Shown: in pieces, positions 16,698 through 25,865 of the stretch
Layout of the letters: the number at the start of each line of letters is the position of its first letter
Position numbering within the stretch: position 1 is the stretch's first letter
NCBI GenBank assembly: GCA_046538485.1
Contig: JBKHIT010000055.1
Location: 1-34,947, forward strand
DNA: 34,947 nt
Reading direction: 5' to 3'
Source of the DNA: Candidatus Brocadiia bacterium
Lineage (GTDB): Bacteria > Planctomycetota > Brocadiia > SM23-32
Translations under genes and position numbers: made by a program
The notes under the pieces: generated by a model
The model's input: the letters and a program-made list of their open reading frames with translations, nothing else
Databases searched by the model: none
What the model was told of the DNA's origin: nothing

Positions 16698-17867
16698 TCA
16701 GTTCGCCGCGGCCCGGATAGCTTCACCTACTTTTTCAACCTGGCCCTCGGGCCAGAACGGATGGGTGCTGATGAGCACCGTTCGCCCGAGCAGGTCCAGG
16801 CTTCGTGCGCACATATCGTCGGTGTAATCCGTATTCGCGTCGGCATTTTCGTCGAGATTAAATGGATCAAGGGAGGGATGATGGCTACCGCTGTTTTTCA
16901 TGATCGGATCCCAGTTGGTATAAACGTGCCGTCCGGTATCAATCGGCCGGAAACAGCTGATTTCTTCTTCCCCGAGTGCAGTCGTGAAAGAAATGGCCTT
17001 CTGATCTTCGGGGAAAATGAATCCCACCGCGCTTCCGCACTCCCAGTCGGGGCTGTTGCTCACAATTGGTTGGAGCCCGCTTTCCCTGCCGATGCGGGTG
17101 AGAATTTTCTTTTGTTTGCGCATTGTTTCCAGCATACCGTCCAGGCGATCGAGCTGAACATTGAGAACAGCTCCGGCGATTTCCGTGGAGCGGAAATTCC
17201 AGGGAACAAAGAAATCCGCCGCGAATTCGCGATCTTCGTCCCAGTAGTATGAACATGGGTCCACCACGCAAGAACCGCGCTCGAACACCTCTTCGCTATC
17301 CGTGGCAAAGGCTCCACCCTCCCCCGCCGTAATGTTTTTGTAATAGTTGAAACTGAACCCACCAGCTTCCCCGAACGATCCCAGTTTCTGGCCCTCGTAA
17401 CTGCCGCCCACAGCCTGGCAGGAGTCTTCACAGACCATAACATCGTTATCGGAGGCCACCCGGCAGAGCGAATTCATATCACATGAGAGCCCCATCATAT
17501 GGACAGGCATAATGGCGGCCGTCCGATCGGTAATTTTTCGTTCGGCGTCTTCCGGGTCGAGCGTCAGCGATTCGTCCACCTCAGCCACGACCGGAATGGC
17601 TCCCGCGCCCAGCACCGCCATCGCCGACGCCATATAAGTGTACGCCGGCACGATTACATCGTCGCCGGGGCCGATTCCCATACCGATCAGGGCAGCGATC
17701 AGCGCAGACGTCCCGCTGTTGCACAAACGTAAGTATTTCACACCTATCATCTTAGCGAACCGTTCCTCGAATCGATTGCATTCGGTAGCTTTTCCGTAAC
17801 GAAAGACCTGACCGCTGTTAAAAAGTTTGCGGATAGCCTCAACTTCTTCATCGCCTATTCTATACAT
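16698..17867 (-). CDS. DegT/DnrJ/EryC1/StrS family PLP-dependent sugar aminotransferase
   Basis: NSGTSAL, GIGPGDDVIVPAYTY, AIMPVHMMG, EDSCQAVG, FSFNYYKNITAGEGG (PLP Lys). Start set at ATG 17867 after AGGAG. Confidence 0.93.
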   Translation of the reverse strand: MYRIGDEEVEAIRKLFNSGQVFRYGKATECNRFEERFAKMIGVKYLRLCNSGTSALIAALIGMGIGPGDDVIVPAYTYMASAMAVLGAGAIPVVAEVDESLTLDPEDAERKITDRTAAIMPVHMMGLSCDMNSLCRVASDNDVMVCEDSCQAVGGSYEGQKLGSFGEAGGFSFNYYKNITAGEGGAFATDSEEVFERGSCVVDPCSYYWDEDREFAADFFVPWNFRSTEIAGAVLNVQLDRLDGMLETMRKQKKILTRIGRESGLQPIVSNSPDWECGSAVGFIFPEDQKAISFTTALGEEEISCFRPIDTGRHVYTNWDPIMKNSGSHHPSLDPFNLDENADANTDYTDDMCARSLDLLGRTVLISTHPFWPEGQVEKVGEAIRAAAN

Positions 17868-17917
17868 TACATTCTCCTGTAGGAACGTACCCGATTCAGA
17901 CAGGTTCTTTCCGAACG

Positions 17918-18256
17918 TCAACGCCCGGCCCGCTGACCCATTTCGACGCTATCGCCAAGCGAAGCCACACCGGCAGAGTTCACAAGTATGTCCACGTGTC
18001 CCAACCGATCCAAAACCCCGCTTACCGCCTTTTCGACCTGTTTTTGCCTGGTCACATCGGCGGGACGCAGAATCACATCCGTTTCCGGCATCTCACTTAA
18101 AATATTTTGACGGGCGGCTTCCAGATTCTGCTCTGATCGGCTCAACAGAGCGACTCCCGCACCTTCCCGGGCGAATCGTCTGGCGATGGCAAACCCGATC
18201 CCGCGGCTCCCGCCGGTCACAAGAGCATGTTTATCTTTGAGTCTGCTTGCAGTCAC
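17918..18256 (-). pseudogene. Truncated short-chain dehydrogenase/reductase (Rossmann half only)
   Basis: ALVTGGSRGIG...A..FA.EGA.V, DVT, DILVNSAG are present. A stop follows about 15 codons later, with no YxxxK catalytic segment before the next gene. Confidence 0.85.
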
Positions 18257-18289
18257 CAGTGTCCTCCCCAATCTACAATCGCTTTATCA

Positions 18290-19690
18290 CTATTTCTTCA
18301 CCCGGCACATTCGGACGTCATTAAGAGCAAAAACCTTGCATCGGGGGTTGACTGAAAATGCAAGCCGGGCTTTCTGACCCGCCACGGCGTCGGTCACTTC
18401 GATCTGAATGCGGTGACGCCGTTTGTGCGCCGCAAAACGGTAATGCGGGCCCAAATTGAAGCCTTCTCCCTCGTCGACCTCCAGGGTCAATTTGGCACGA
18501 ACTCCAACCGCACACTCAAAACTAAAAATGTAGCGCGGACCGGGATCCAGTTCAAAAGTTTCATCAAACACGACTCTGGCACCCTTTTCAATGTTGCCGC
18601 ATCGCAGACCCGACTTTTCGGACGGGACGCGTTCCATGTTGGTCAGTTCCGCATTTTCCAAAGACAACCTGCGGAGTGTATGGGGTTTATTCCAGATTTC
18701 GCGTCCGGGCGGTGTGGGTTTGTCAAGAATGCGGTATTGCACCGGCGCCGACATCACCGTCGCCCAGTATCCTCCGTCCCCGTAGGCATGAAAACTTTCC
18801 TCAGTCAGTGCCAGGGTTGCCTTATAATTACCCGGGGGGAGAAAAGCGTGCCCGATGCGTGGACGCTCGGAGTTATTGGCATCGCTTTCACTCTGCGCGT
18901 AGATCTGCTGCGGTTTCAAATCCACCTCCGGGTTGGCATAAATCCCGGGATTCGAAACCTCTCGCGGGACCGTAACAGGTCGGCTATCTTCCGGTCCAGG
19001 TTTTCGCTGCCAATTCGCGTTGAATAGCACGTGCAATGTACTGTCGGCGTAGAACTCCCTTTCCGCATTGCCCCGACCGTCCGTAACAAAAAAGTCGAAA
19101 AAAAGGTAACTTCTCATCCTTTTTTTATCGGGCAAGTTCCTGTATTGTTCGTCGTCGAAATTCGTCCCCCAAAGCGGAGCTCGCCAGCGACCGAGGAAAC
19201 CAATACGCTCGAATGATTTCATATCTTCCTTTTTCCCCACCAGCTTCAGCTGGTAGGCGAAATTCGGCTTCAAATTTCGTGCGACGATCCGGCCGGTGAA
19301 CGTTTCCGCTCTCGGAAGATATTCCACGTGCACCTCGGGGACCCGTTTTTCGGTTCCCGAGTAACTGAAATTGGTGATAAACTCCCGGGAGTAAGCCGCT
19401 CCGCCGATATCCATAAATCTCTGGAACGACAAAAATCCGCCGCCGGAACTTGGCGCTTTCAGTTTTGTCTGTTTGGGTTTCCACGGCTTATACTGGTTCG
19501 GGTAGTGTTTTTTGCTCCACCGGAGACCGCCTGAAGGTGTATATTCAACGATTTTTACGACGTTCGTTCCGAAAAACCCCACACTGCCGGCTTCTTCATC
19601 TTCGGCCTCATAAACAAACCAGAGGGCTCCGAAAGCAATCAGAACGATGGCAAGCGTCGTGACGGCGATTCCTGCGATCCTGTTCCGCAT
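18290..19690 (-). CDS. Membrane-anchored hypothetical protein
   Basis: Long ORF co-oriented with its neighbours. GAGGA RBS before ATG 19690, 10 bp after the upstream stop. One N-terminal TM helix. No family recognised. Confidence 0.75.
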   Translation of the reverse strand: MRNRIAGIAVTTLAIVLIAFGALWFVYEAEDEEAGSVGFFGTNVVKIVEYTPSGGLRWSKKHYPNQYKPWKPKQTKLKAPSSGGGFLSFQRFMDIGGAAYSREFITNFSYSGTEKRVPEVHVEYLPRAETFTGRIVARNLKPNFAYQLKLVGKKEDMKSFERIGFLGRWRAPLWGTNFDDEQYRNLPDKKRMRSYLFFDFFVTDGRGNAEREFYADSTLHVLFNANWQRKPGPEDSRPVTVPREVSNPGIYANPEVDLKPQQIYAQSESDANNSERPRIGHAFLPPGNYKATLALTEESFHAYGDGGYWATVMSAPVQYRILDKPTPPGREIWNKPHTLRRLSLENAELTNMERVPSEKSGLRCGNIEKGARVVFDETFELDPGPRYIFSFECAVGVRAKLTLEVDEGEGFNLGPHYRFAAHKRRHRIQIEVTDAVAGQKARLAFSVNPRCKVFALNDVRMCRVKK

Positions 19691-19700
19691 TACCAATTCC

Positions 19701-20705
19701 TCACATTCCGGCTTCGGCAAGCATCTCTGCCGGAGAGACAGATTCTCCTGTTTCCATGCTTCTGTTGACAGCCAGGCAGAGAGCGAGAGATTTCAGGCCT
19801 TCCCCGTAGTCACATCTGATCTCGCTTCCATCGCCGGTTTCTGCCGCTTCAAGGAATGTCCAGTCGAGCTCTTTCATTGCAGGCCCAAGCGCTCCGGAAT
19901 AATCCTCGTCCCATTCTTCATCGGCGCTATCGAGTGCAAGGGAAGAATAGGTGTAATCGACACTATAATCCCGCCCGTGGATTTTAAGACCGACCTGTCG
20001 CATTCCCCCGTCGTTCAGAACACAGGCGCTGCAGATGTGGCCAACGGCTCCCGATTCGAACTTGAGCAGAGCGATGGACGCATCTTCAATATCATAGTTT
20101 TCGATATCTCCCATCGCACCTGTGGAGCCATACGCACATACGCTTTCCACATCGCCCACGATTCGTCGGGACAGGTCGAATATGTGAGTCGTCTGCTCGA
20201 CGGCCTGCCCACCGGAAATATCTTTCTGGCGCCACCAGGCAGTGCCGGGCATCCCGCCCACGAACCAGCCTTCAACCAGGGTTGCTGGATGTTCCGCCAC
20301 ATAGGAAACAGTTTTGTCTGTCTGCGGAGCGTAACGGGCCTGGTAACCGACGCAGGTTACGAGATTGTTGTCCTCGACCGCTTTTGCAACGCTGACGGCC
20401 TGCTCGAGATCGAGGTGGATTGGTTTCTCGATCATGAACGGCAGTCCGGCCTCGACAAGATCCATTTCGATCGTCCCATGAGCTGCGGGAGGCAGGCAGA
20501 CATAAGCCGCATCCAGATCTTCCGCTCCCAGCATCGCCTTATAATCCGTATACGGCGTGGCGTCGAACTGTTCGGCAACATCCTGAGCCGTTGACTCATT
20601 GATATCGCAAATGGCCGTTATTTCGGTATCGTCTCTCGCGTCCACGTTCGGCATATGAGCGCCCGCAATTCCGCCGGCTCCGATAAATCCCACTTTTGTC
20701 GTCAC
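19701..20705 (-). CDS. Gfo/Idh/MocA family oxidoreductase
   Basis: KVGFIGAGGIAG.H, LDAAYVCLPP.AH, IEKP, VGYQ.RY, WW.....SGGQ.VEQTTH.FD. GTG start after GGGAGA. Confidence 0.93.
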   Translation of the reverse strand: MTTKVGFIGAGGIAGAHMPNVDARDDTEITAICDINESTAQDVAEQFDATPYTDYKAMLGAEDLDAAYVCLPPAAHGTIEMDLVEAGLPFMIEKPIHLDLEQAVSVAKAVEDNNLVTCVGYQARYAPQTDKTVSYVAEHPATLVEGWFVGGMPGTAWWRQKDISGGQAVEQTTHIFDLSRRIVGDVESVCAYGSTGAMGDIENYDIEDASIALLKFESGAVGHICSACVLNDGGMRQVGLKIHGRDYSVDYTYSSLALDSADEEWDEDYSGALGPAMKELDWTFLEAAETGDGSEIRCDYGEGLKSLALCLAVNRSMETGESVSPAEMLAEAGM

Positions 20706-20888
20706 GATTTTCTCCCACAAAATGTGAAAAAAGGAACTGAATCGCTACGAATTCTACCGGCCGAACACACCCTTCTGCAATCCGGAAAAGATTGAGGGGC
20801 CAAAAACAGTTTGCATCAAGCAGGGTTTTCCGGTTATAGATCTTAGTAGTATTTGCCTGCTCTGCAGACAAACAATGGAGTCAGTTAA

Positions 20889-21350
20889 ATGGGCGTAATG
20901 CTGGTCTATATTGAATACGCGTTAAAAATTCTGGCCGCCGGACTGAGTGGCGCAATCATCGGTTGGGAGCGGGAACTCAAGGAGAAAGGGGCGGGGTTAC
21001 GAACCCACATTCTGATTGCCATAGGCGCCTGCCTGTTCTCCCTGATCGCACTTAATCTTAAACACGATTTCCCGGACGGCGATATTCTCCGTCTCCTGCA
21101 CAGTATGTTGCTGGCGGTCGGATTCATTGGCGGTGGTGTTATCTTTACCCGACGCGGTTCTGTACAGGGCTTGACGACCGCGGCCGGATTGTGGGTGCTT
21201 ACGGCCGTTGGGATGGCTATTGGACTCGGTTACTACTTCCTGGGGGTGTTCGTAACCATCATCAGCATTTTCATCATCGCCTGGATGAAACGATGTGAAG
21301 ACTCGATTCACCGGGACAAAGAATCGGAAAACGAAAGCAAAGACGTTTGA
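20889..21350 (+). CDS. MgtC/SapB family membrane protein (short form)
   Basis: IGWERE...K.AGLRTH.LI..GACLF, GFIGGG.I, V.GLTTAAGLW...AVGMAIGLG. Confidence 0.93.
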   Translation: MGVMLVYIEYALKILAAGLSGAIIGWERELKEKGAGLRTHILIAIGACLFSLIALNLKHDFPDGDILRLLHSMLLAVGFIGGGVIFTRRGSVQGLTTAAGLWVLTAVGMAIGLGYYFLGVFVTIISIFIIAWMKRCEDSIHRDKESENESKDV

Positions 21351-21354
21351 TAAA

Positions 21355-22308
21355 TTATTCGCCGGTTCGCATAGCCAGCGGTATATCTGCCAGTGAAGCC
21401 CTTGCGAGACAGATGCTGGTATCGGCGGCGCCGTAGTACATCCATAGTTCGTCACCGCGCTTAAAAGCCCCACACGGGAAGACAACGTTTGCCAGAACAC
21501 CCCGGACCTCGTATTCGGCTTCGGGCGCAAAAACCCACCCAGGTGTCCTTGCAAGAGCGTGATGAGGCTCCTCACGATCGAGCAGCGCCATACCAACCCG
21601 GTAGACCATGCTCCCCCCGAACATTTTCACTCCATGGTATATCAGCAACCAGCCATCATCAGTCAATACAGGCGGCGGACCGGCCCCGACTTTCACGCCA
21701 TCCCACCAGGGCCCTCCCCGTTCCGGCAATACGCAATGCGGCATTCCCCAGTGGATCAAATCCGGAGATTGCGCGCTCCAGATATGCTCGATCTGACCGG
21801 CCTCCGGGCGGTGCAAAACAATGTAATGGCCGTTGATCTTGCGCGGGAACATCACCGCGTCCTTGTTGCTCGGACTCAGGATAAGCCCCACTCTTTCCGC
21901 TTCTTCAAAATCTTCTGTGCGCGCCAGCGCCACAGCAGGGCCGTTTCCGGAATAGGCCACATAGGTGATGTAATACTCATCGTCTTCTTCTATGTAGGTC
22001 ACACGTGCGTCTTCGCATCCCAGCCTCTCGTAGCGCATCTCGGGTTCGCCGTATCTCAAAATTGGCTCCGGACGGATCTCCCAATCCGTCACACCGTTCC
22101 CACTTCGGGCCACATGAATGCTTGAGAAACCTTTTCTGTCTTCGATCCGTATAAGCAAAACTACGTCGCCGTCATGCACGGTAGCACCAGGGTTATAAAC
22201 CGCCGATGCGCTCACGGGCAGGTCCTTTTGAGTGATGAGAGGATTTTCGGGCTCTCTCTTAAAAAGCTGGTCCACGGTGAACCTCTCTTTCTGAGACAGG
22301 CGTTTCAA
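21355..22308 (-). CDS. Glycoside hydrolase family 130 (beta-mannoside phosphorylase/glycosidase)
   Basis: R..ENP.I, AVYNPGA, GCEDARVT, NKDAVMFPRKING, HRP, S.DLIHW, KVGAGPPP, WLLIYHGV, NVVFPCG, YYGAADT (5-blade propeller). Confidence 0.92.
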   Translation of the reverse strand: MKRLSQKERFTVDQLFKREPENPLITQKDLPVSASAVYNPGATVHDGDVVLLIRIEDRKGFSSIHVARSGNGVTDWEIRPEPILRYGEPEMRYERLGCEDARVTYIEEDDEYYITYVAYSGNGPAVALARTEDFEEAERVGLILSPSNKDAVMFPRKINGHYIVLHRPEAGQIEHIWSAQSPDLIHWGMPHCVLPERGGPWWDGVKVGAGPPPVLTDDGWLLIYHGVKMFGGSMVYRVGMALLDREEPHHALARTPGWVFAPEAEYEVRGVLANVVFPCGAFKRGDELWMYYGAADTSICLARASLADIPLAMRTGE

Positions 22309-22362
22309 ACCCCATCATAACACATTCCTTTTTCCAGCTGTGAGCAACAGCAAAGACAATAA

Positions 22363-23232
22363 TTATAACAGATTCAGGCCAAGGTTTTCGGCGTAAGAAC
22401 GCGCTGATTCGTATTCCGCATTCGTGGGGGGCCGGGCAATCCTCTCAAACTCCGCAGCCCGATATGTAGGATGATACTGACTCATAACATTGACTGCGGA
22501 CTGTCCAGAAATCTCTTCCGCAATAAAATTCAGCATCCTAACACTACCGGCCATCTTATTCGGCATAACCAGGTGCCGAATGAGCAGCCCCTCACGCGCT
22601 ACACCATCGACAACCAACAGATCCCCGACCTGACGGTGCATCTCACGCACGCTTTCGCGCATACGCTCAGGGTAATCCGCCGCGTCCGAATAAAGCTCCG
22701 CTATTTCGCTATCCCAATACTTCATATCGGGCATGTAGATATCGACCGTTCCCTCCAAAAGCCTTAACGTTTCAACACGTTCGTAGCCGCCGCAGTTATA
22801 AACAATGGGAATTGTAAGATCATTTAATCTCGCTCGACGCACCGCGTCCATCAGCCACGGGACAACATGCGTTGGGGTCACAAAATTAATGTTCTCACAA
22901 CCACGCCCCTGGAGCATCACCATCATCTGTGCCAGCTGACTGACTCCAGTTGGTTCTCCACGGACTTCGTGGCTTATGTCGTAGTTCTGGCAGAAAACGC
23001 AGCGGAGATTGCAACCGCTGAGAAATATTGTTCCCGAACCTCCCCGTCCCACAAGGCACTTTTCTTCTCCAAAATGCGGCCCCGTACTGGCTACGATGGG
23101 ACGATCAGCAACCCGGCAGAAACCCTTATTCCCGTTCAGGCGGTGAACCACACAAGCACGAGGACAAATCCTGCAGGGATCGGCAAGTTCGTAGGCTTTA
23201 TCCACCTGTTTCTGAAGGGGTCGAATACTCAA
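22363..23232 (-). CDS. Radical SAM protein, PflX-like family
   Basis: N-terminal CRICPRAC...R...GFC, HFGEE..L.G..GSGTIF, CNLRCVFCQN (CxxxCxxC), NINFVTPTH, VDIYMPDMKY, LIRHLVMP, NVMSQY.P. Confidence 0.92.
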   Translation of the reverse strand: MSIRPLQKQVDKAYELADPCRICPRACVVHRLNGNKGFCRVADRPIVASTGPHFGEEKCLVGRGGSGTIFLSGCNLRCVFCQNYDISHEVRGEPTGVSQLAQMMVMLQGRGCENINFVTPTHVVPWLMDAVRRARLNDLTIPIVYNCGGYERVETLRLLEGTVDIYMPDMKYWDSEIAELYSDAADYPERMRESVREMHRQVGDLLVVDGVAREGLLIRHLVMPNKMAGSVRMLNFIAEEISGQSAVNVMSQYHPTYRAAEFERIARPPTNAEYESARSYAENLGLNLL

Positions 23233-23244
23233 CTCACCGGCCTT

Positions 23245-24222
23245 TCAATCATAGACCTCTGGATTGACGCAATTTTCCGGTTGTTGTCCCTCTAACATCG
23301 CGATCAGGTTTTGAGCCGCCATGCGGGCCATTTTGTCACGTGTCTCTTCGGAAGCCGATCCGATATGAGGGGTTAACACGACATTATCCAGCTCCATCAG
23401 GAGCTGGTTGACTTTCGGTTCCTCTTCATAGACGTCCAGTCCCGCTGCTCGGATCCTCCCTTCCTGCAAACCTCTGGCCAGCGCCGCCTCATCGACAACC
23501 GGCCCCCGGCTGGTATTGACCAGAACTGCGGTGGATTTCATCTTTTCAATTTGGTCCTCGCCGATCATGTGACTGGTTTCTTCGGTGAGTGGGACATGGA
23601 GCGATACAAAATCAGACTCTTCCAGCAATTCCGGAAGTAAAACGCGGTGTCCGCCACAACCTTCCTCCAACTCGGGATGATCGCTGTGATCAACGTAAAG
23701 CACCTGCATATCGAATCCCGTCGATTTCATTGCCACTGCCGAACCGATACGTCCGGCGCCGACGATCCCGAGCGTCTTCCCGCTAATGTCCACACCGAGC
23801 ATTTGGCGGGGGCCCCATCCGCTCCAATCTCCTGTTCGCATATACCGGTCCGCATCCGGAATTCTTCGAGCAGCCGCAAAGATAAGGGCCCAGGCCAGAT
23901 CCGCCGTGGTATCGGTCAGAACGCCCGGTGTATTGCTCACCGGGAGCCCACGTTCGGTAGCAGCAGCAACATCAATATTGTCGTAACCCACAGCATAATT
24001 CGCGATGCCTTTCAAAGAATCGCCAGCCGCGTCCATCAATGCGGCATCGATTGTATCGCTCAAAAGGCAAAGCAGCCCGTCGCATCCGCGTACGACTTCC
24101 AGGATTTCTTCCCTCGTTGGGGCGGTATCTTCGGGATGCACCACCACGCTATCGCAGTGGGATCGAAGTCTTTCCAATCCGGCTTCTGGAATTTCCCGCG
24201 TCACATAGACGTTCCAGCTCAC
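23245..24222 (-). CDS. D-2-hydroxyacid dehydrogenase (glyoxylate reductase / D-glycerate dehydrogenase-like)
   Basis: VYVTREIP, AVGYDNID, NTPGVLTDTTADL, GIVGAGRIG, SDFVSLHVPL, NTSRG.VVDE, AGLDVYEEEP, PHIGSA. GTG start after AGGAGAG. Confidence 0.93.
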   Translation of the reverse strand: MSWNVYVTREIPEAGLERLRSHCDSVVVHPEDTAPTREEILEVVRGCDGLLCLLSDTIDAALMDAAGDSLKGIANYAVGYDNIDVAAATERGLPVSNTPGVLTDTTADLAWALIFAAARRIPDADRYMRTGDWSGWGPRQMLGVDISGKTLGIVGAGRIGSAVAMKSTGFDMQVLYVDHSDHPELEEGCGGHRVLLPELLEESDFVSLHVPLTEETSHMIGEDQIEKMKSTAVLVNTSRGPVVDEAALARGLQEGRIRAAGLDVYEEEPKVNQLLMELDNVVLTPHIGSASEETRDKMARMAAQNLIAMLEGQQPENCVNPEVYD

Positions 24223-24308
24223 GATTCTCTCCTGATAATTTTGGAATTCCTTACCTGTCACCGGTCCGTTCTCGGCCTGCGAAGCGGACTCTTGCACATC
24301 TCAATCCT

Positions 24309-24337
24309 AACATAGTGCAGAGCAGTTCAAGCGTCAA
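24309..24337 (-). promoter_or_regulatory. Possible sigma70 promoter for the dehydrogenase-PflX-GH130 run
   Basis: Minus strand TTGACG (24337-24332), 17 bp spacer, TATGTT (24314-24309), in the divergent intergenic region. Confidence 0.4.
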
Positions 24338-24442
24338 CCGGTGTTTTTTTCTATCGCCATGACAATTTTCTGGCCGCAGGTATGCTCCGTCAAAGATAAA
24401 AACAGTTTGAAACCCACCTGCCAAAAAGGTAAAGATATAGAG

Positions 24443-24715
24443 ATGATCAGCAACGAAGAAACAGACCGGGAACAGCCCCAAGAATCCGAAGGTGAGGGCT
24501 TCGAAGCCAACATCCAGCGGTTAGAGGCTATTGTGTCGAAGCTTGAGGACGGGAATTTACCCCTTGATGAATCCCTGCAGCTTTATGAAGAGGGGATTGA
24601 GGCTTACCGAACCTGCCACAAAATTCTTTCTAATGCCGAAACCAAAGTCTCCAAACTTGTTGAGACCCTTGAGGGAGAACTGCAGGAAAAGCCACTTGAT
24701 GTCTCCGAGGACTGA
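24443..24715 (+). CDS. xseB: Exodeoxyribonuclease VII small subunit
   Basis: FEANIQRLEAIVSKLEDGNLPLDESLQLYEEGI.....C...L.NAE.KV..L. Confidence 0.95.
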   Translation: MISNEETDREQPQESEGEGFEANIQRLEAIVSKLEDGNLPLDESLQLYEEGIEAYRTCHKILSNAETKVSKLVETLEGELQEKPLDVSED

Positions 24716-24756
24716 TTCTGCCGTATAATTTTCTTAACCCGTTCGGACCGCCACGC

Positions 24757-25593
24757 ATGAAAAAAGTTGTATTATTCGCCGACGCCAAGAAGCAACGCGT
24801 TTCGAAAGCCCTGGATGAAATTGAGTCCTGGCTTTCCGAACGCGCCGAGGTCTGTATTGATACGGATTTGAAAGCGGGATGTTCCGGCGAAAGGCCTGAT
24901 TTAGTGGTGGTTCTGGGGGGAGACGGGACGATGTTGCTGGCGGCGCGCAAATTTGCCCCGACGGAAGCGCCACTTTTTGGCGTTAACCTGGGCAAATTTG
25001 GATTTCTCACCGAAAGTACCGCCGAGAACGCACATTCGGCGCTCGAGGACGCGTTGAACGGCCGGTACGAAATGCAAGAGCGAATGATGCTTCAGTGCAT
25101 ATTGCAGCGCGATGGCGATGTATTACAGGAAAGCTGCGGAGTAAACGATGCCGTTATATCCCGCACGTCCTTGAGTCGTTTATTGACAATCGATTTTTTT
25201 GTCAATGGAGAGCATGTAAATACTTACCGGGCTGATGGTTTGATCGTGGCAACGCCGGTGGGATCCACAGCACATAGTTTGTCGGCAGGCGGCCCTATTC
25301 TGATGCCCGAGCTCGAGGCTTTTGTCATTGCACCGATATGTCCCCACGCTCTCAGCAATCGCCCCCTCGTGTTGCCGGCCGGGAATGCCCTCGAAATGCG
25401 TCCAAGAGATTACGCTGAAAATCCTGCTCTGACTGTTGACGGGCAGATTTACAGCACCCTGAGCGAAGGCGATTCCATACGAATTGAACGCTCTGCACGC
25501 AGGTTTCGCCTTGCGCAAACCGGCGAACGCACGTTTTTTGAAACTCTTCGCAACAAACTCGGTTGGAGCGGACAACCCCGATATGTCAGATAA
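24757..25593 (+). CDS. nadK: NAD(+) kinase
   Basis: GGDGT, GVNLG.FGFL, VND, ADGLIVATPVGSTAHSLSAGGP, PICPH.LSNRP, VDGQ, FF.TLR.KL.W. Confidence 0.96.
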   Translation: MKKVVLFADAKKQRVSKALDEIESWLSERAEVCIDTDLKAGCSGERPDLVVVLGGDGTMLLAARKFAPTEAPLFGVNLGKFGFLTESTAENAHSALEDALNGRYEMQERMMLQCILQRDGDVLQESCGVNDAVISRTSLSRLLTIDFFVNGEHVNTYRADGLIVATPVGSTAHSLSAGGPILMPELEAFVIAPICPHALSNRPLVLPAGNALEMRPRDYAENPALTVDGQIYSTLSEGDSIRIERSARRFRLAQTGERTFFETLRNKLGWSGQPRYVR

Positions 25594-25834
25594 AGAATTC
25601 GACGTTAAAGTGTTACGCGAATACTGCAAAGGCTGTGGTCTCTGCGTGGAGGTTTGTCCCGAAGGCAAACTTGAAATCGATCCTAATCCCAATGATCAAG
25701 GCCGTCAGAGTGCTGTCGTGCTCGAAGAGGTACATTGCACCGGCTGTTCCCGGTGCGCTACAATTTGCCCTGACGCGGCCATTGAAATATACCGTCTTGT
25801 CACAACCACAAAGGAAGAGTCTTCGGGCCAGTGA
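25583..25834 (+). CDS. 2x[4Fe-4S] ferredoxin (delta subunit of 2-oxoacid:ferredoxin oxidoreductase)
   Basis: CKGCGLCVEVCP and CTGCSRCATICPD.AIEI. Overlaps the nadK 3' end by 11 bp. Confidence 0.93.
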   Translation: MSDKEFDVKVLREYCKGCGLCVEVCPEGKLEIDPNPNDQGRQSAVVLEEVHCTGCSRCATICPDAAIEIYRLVTTTKEESSGQ

Positions 25835-25865
25835 CGGGAATACGGATCTAAATGGATTATCAAAT

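Noticed and set aside
19647..20594. Long antisense ORFs (e.g. 19647-20594, 15052-15900, 29745-30569, 10374-11111, 1168-1887)
   Set aside because: Shadow frames opposite well-supported genes, with no recognisable motifs.
20889..21350. MgtC as a virulence factor
   Set aside because: The family is widespread in environmental bacteria, and nothing in the context supports a virulence role.
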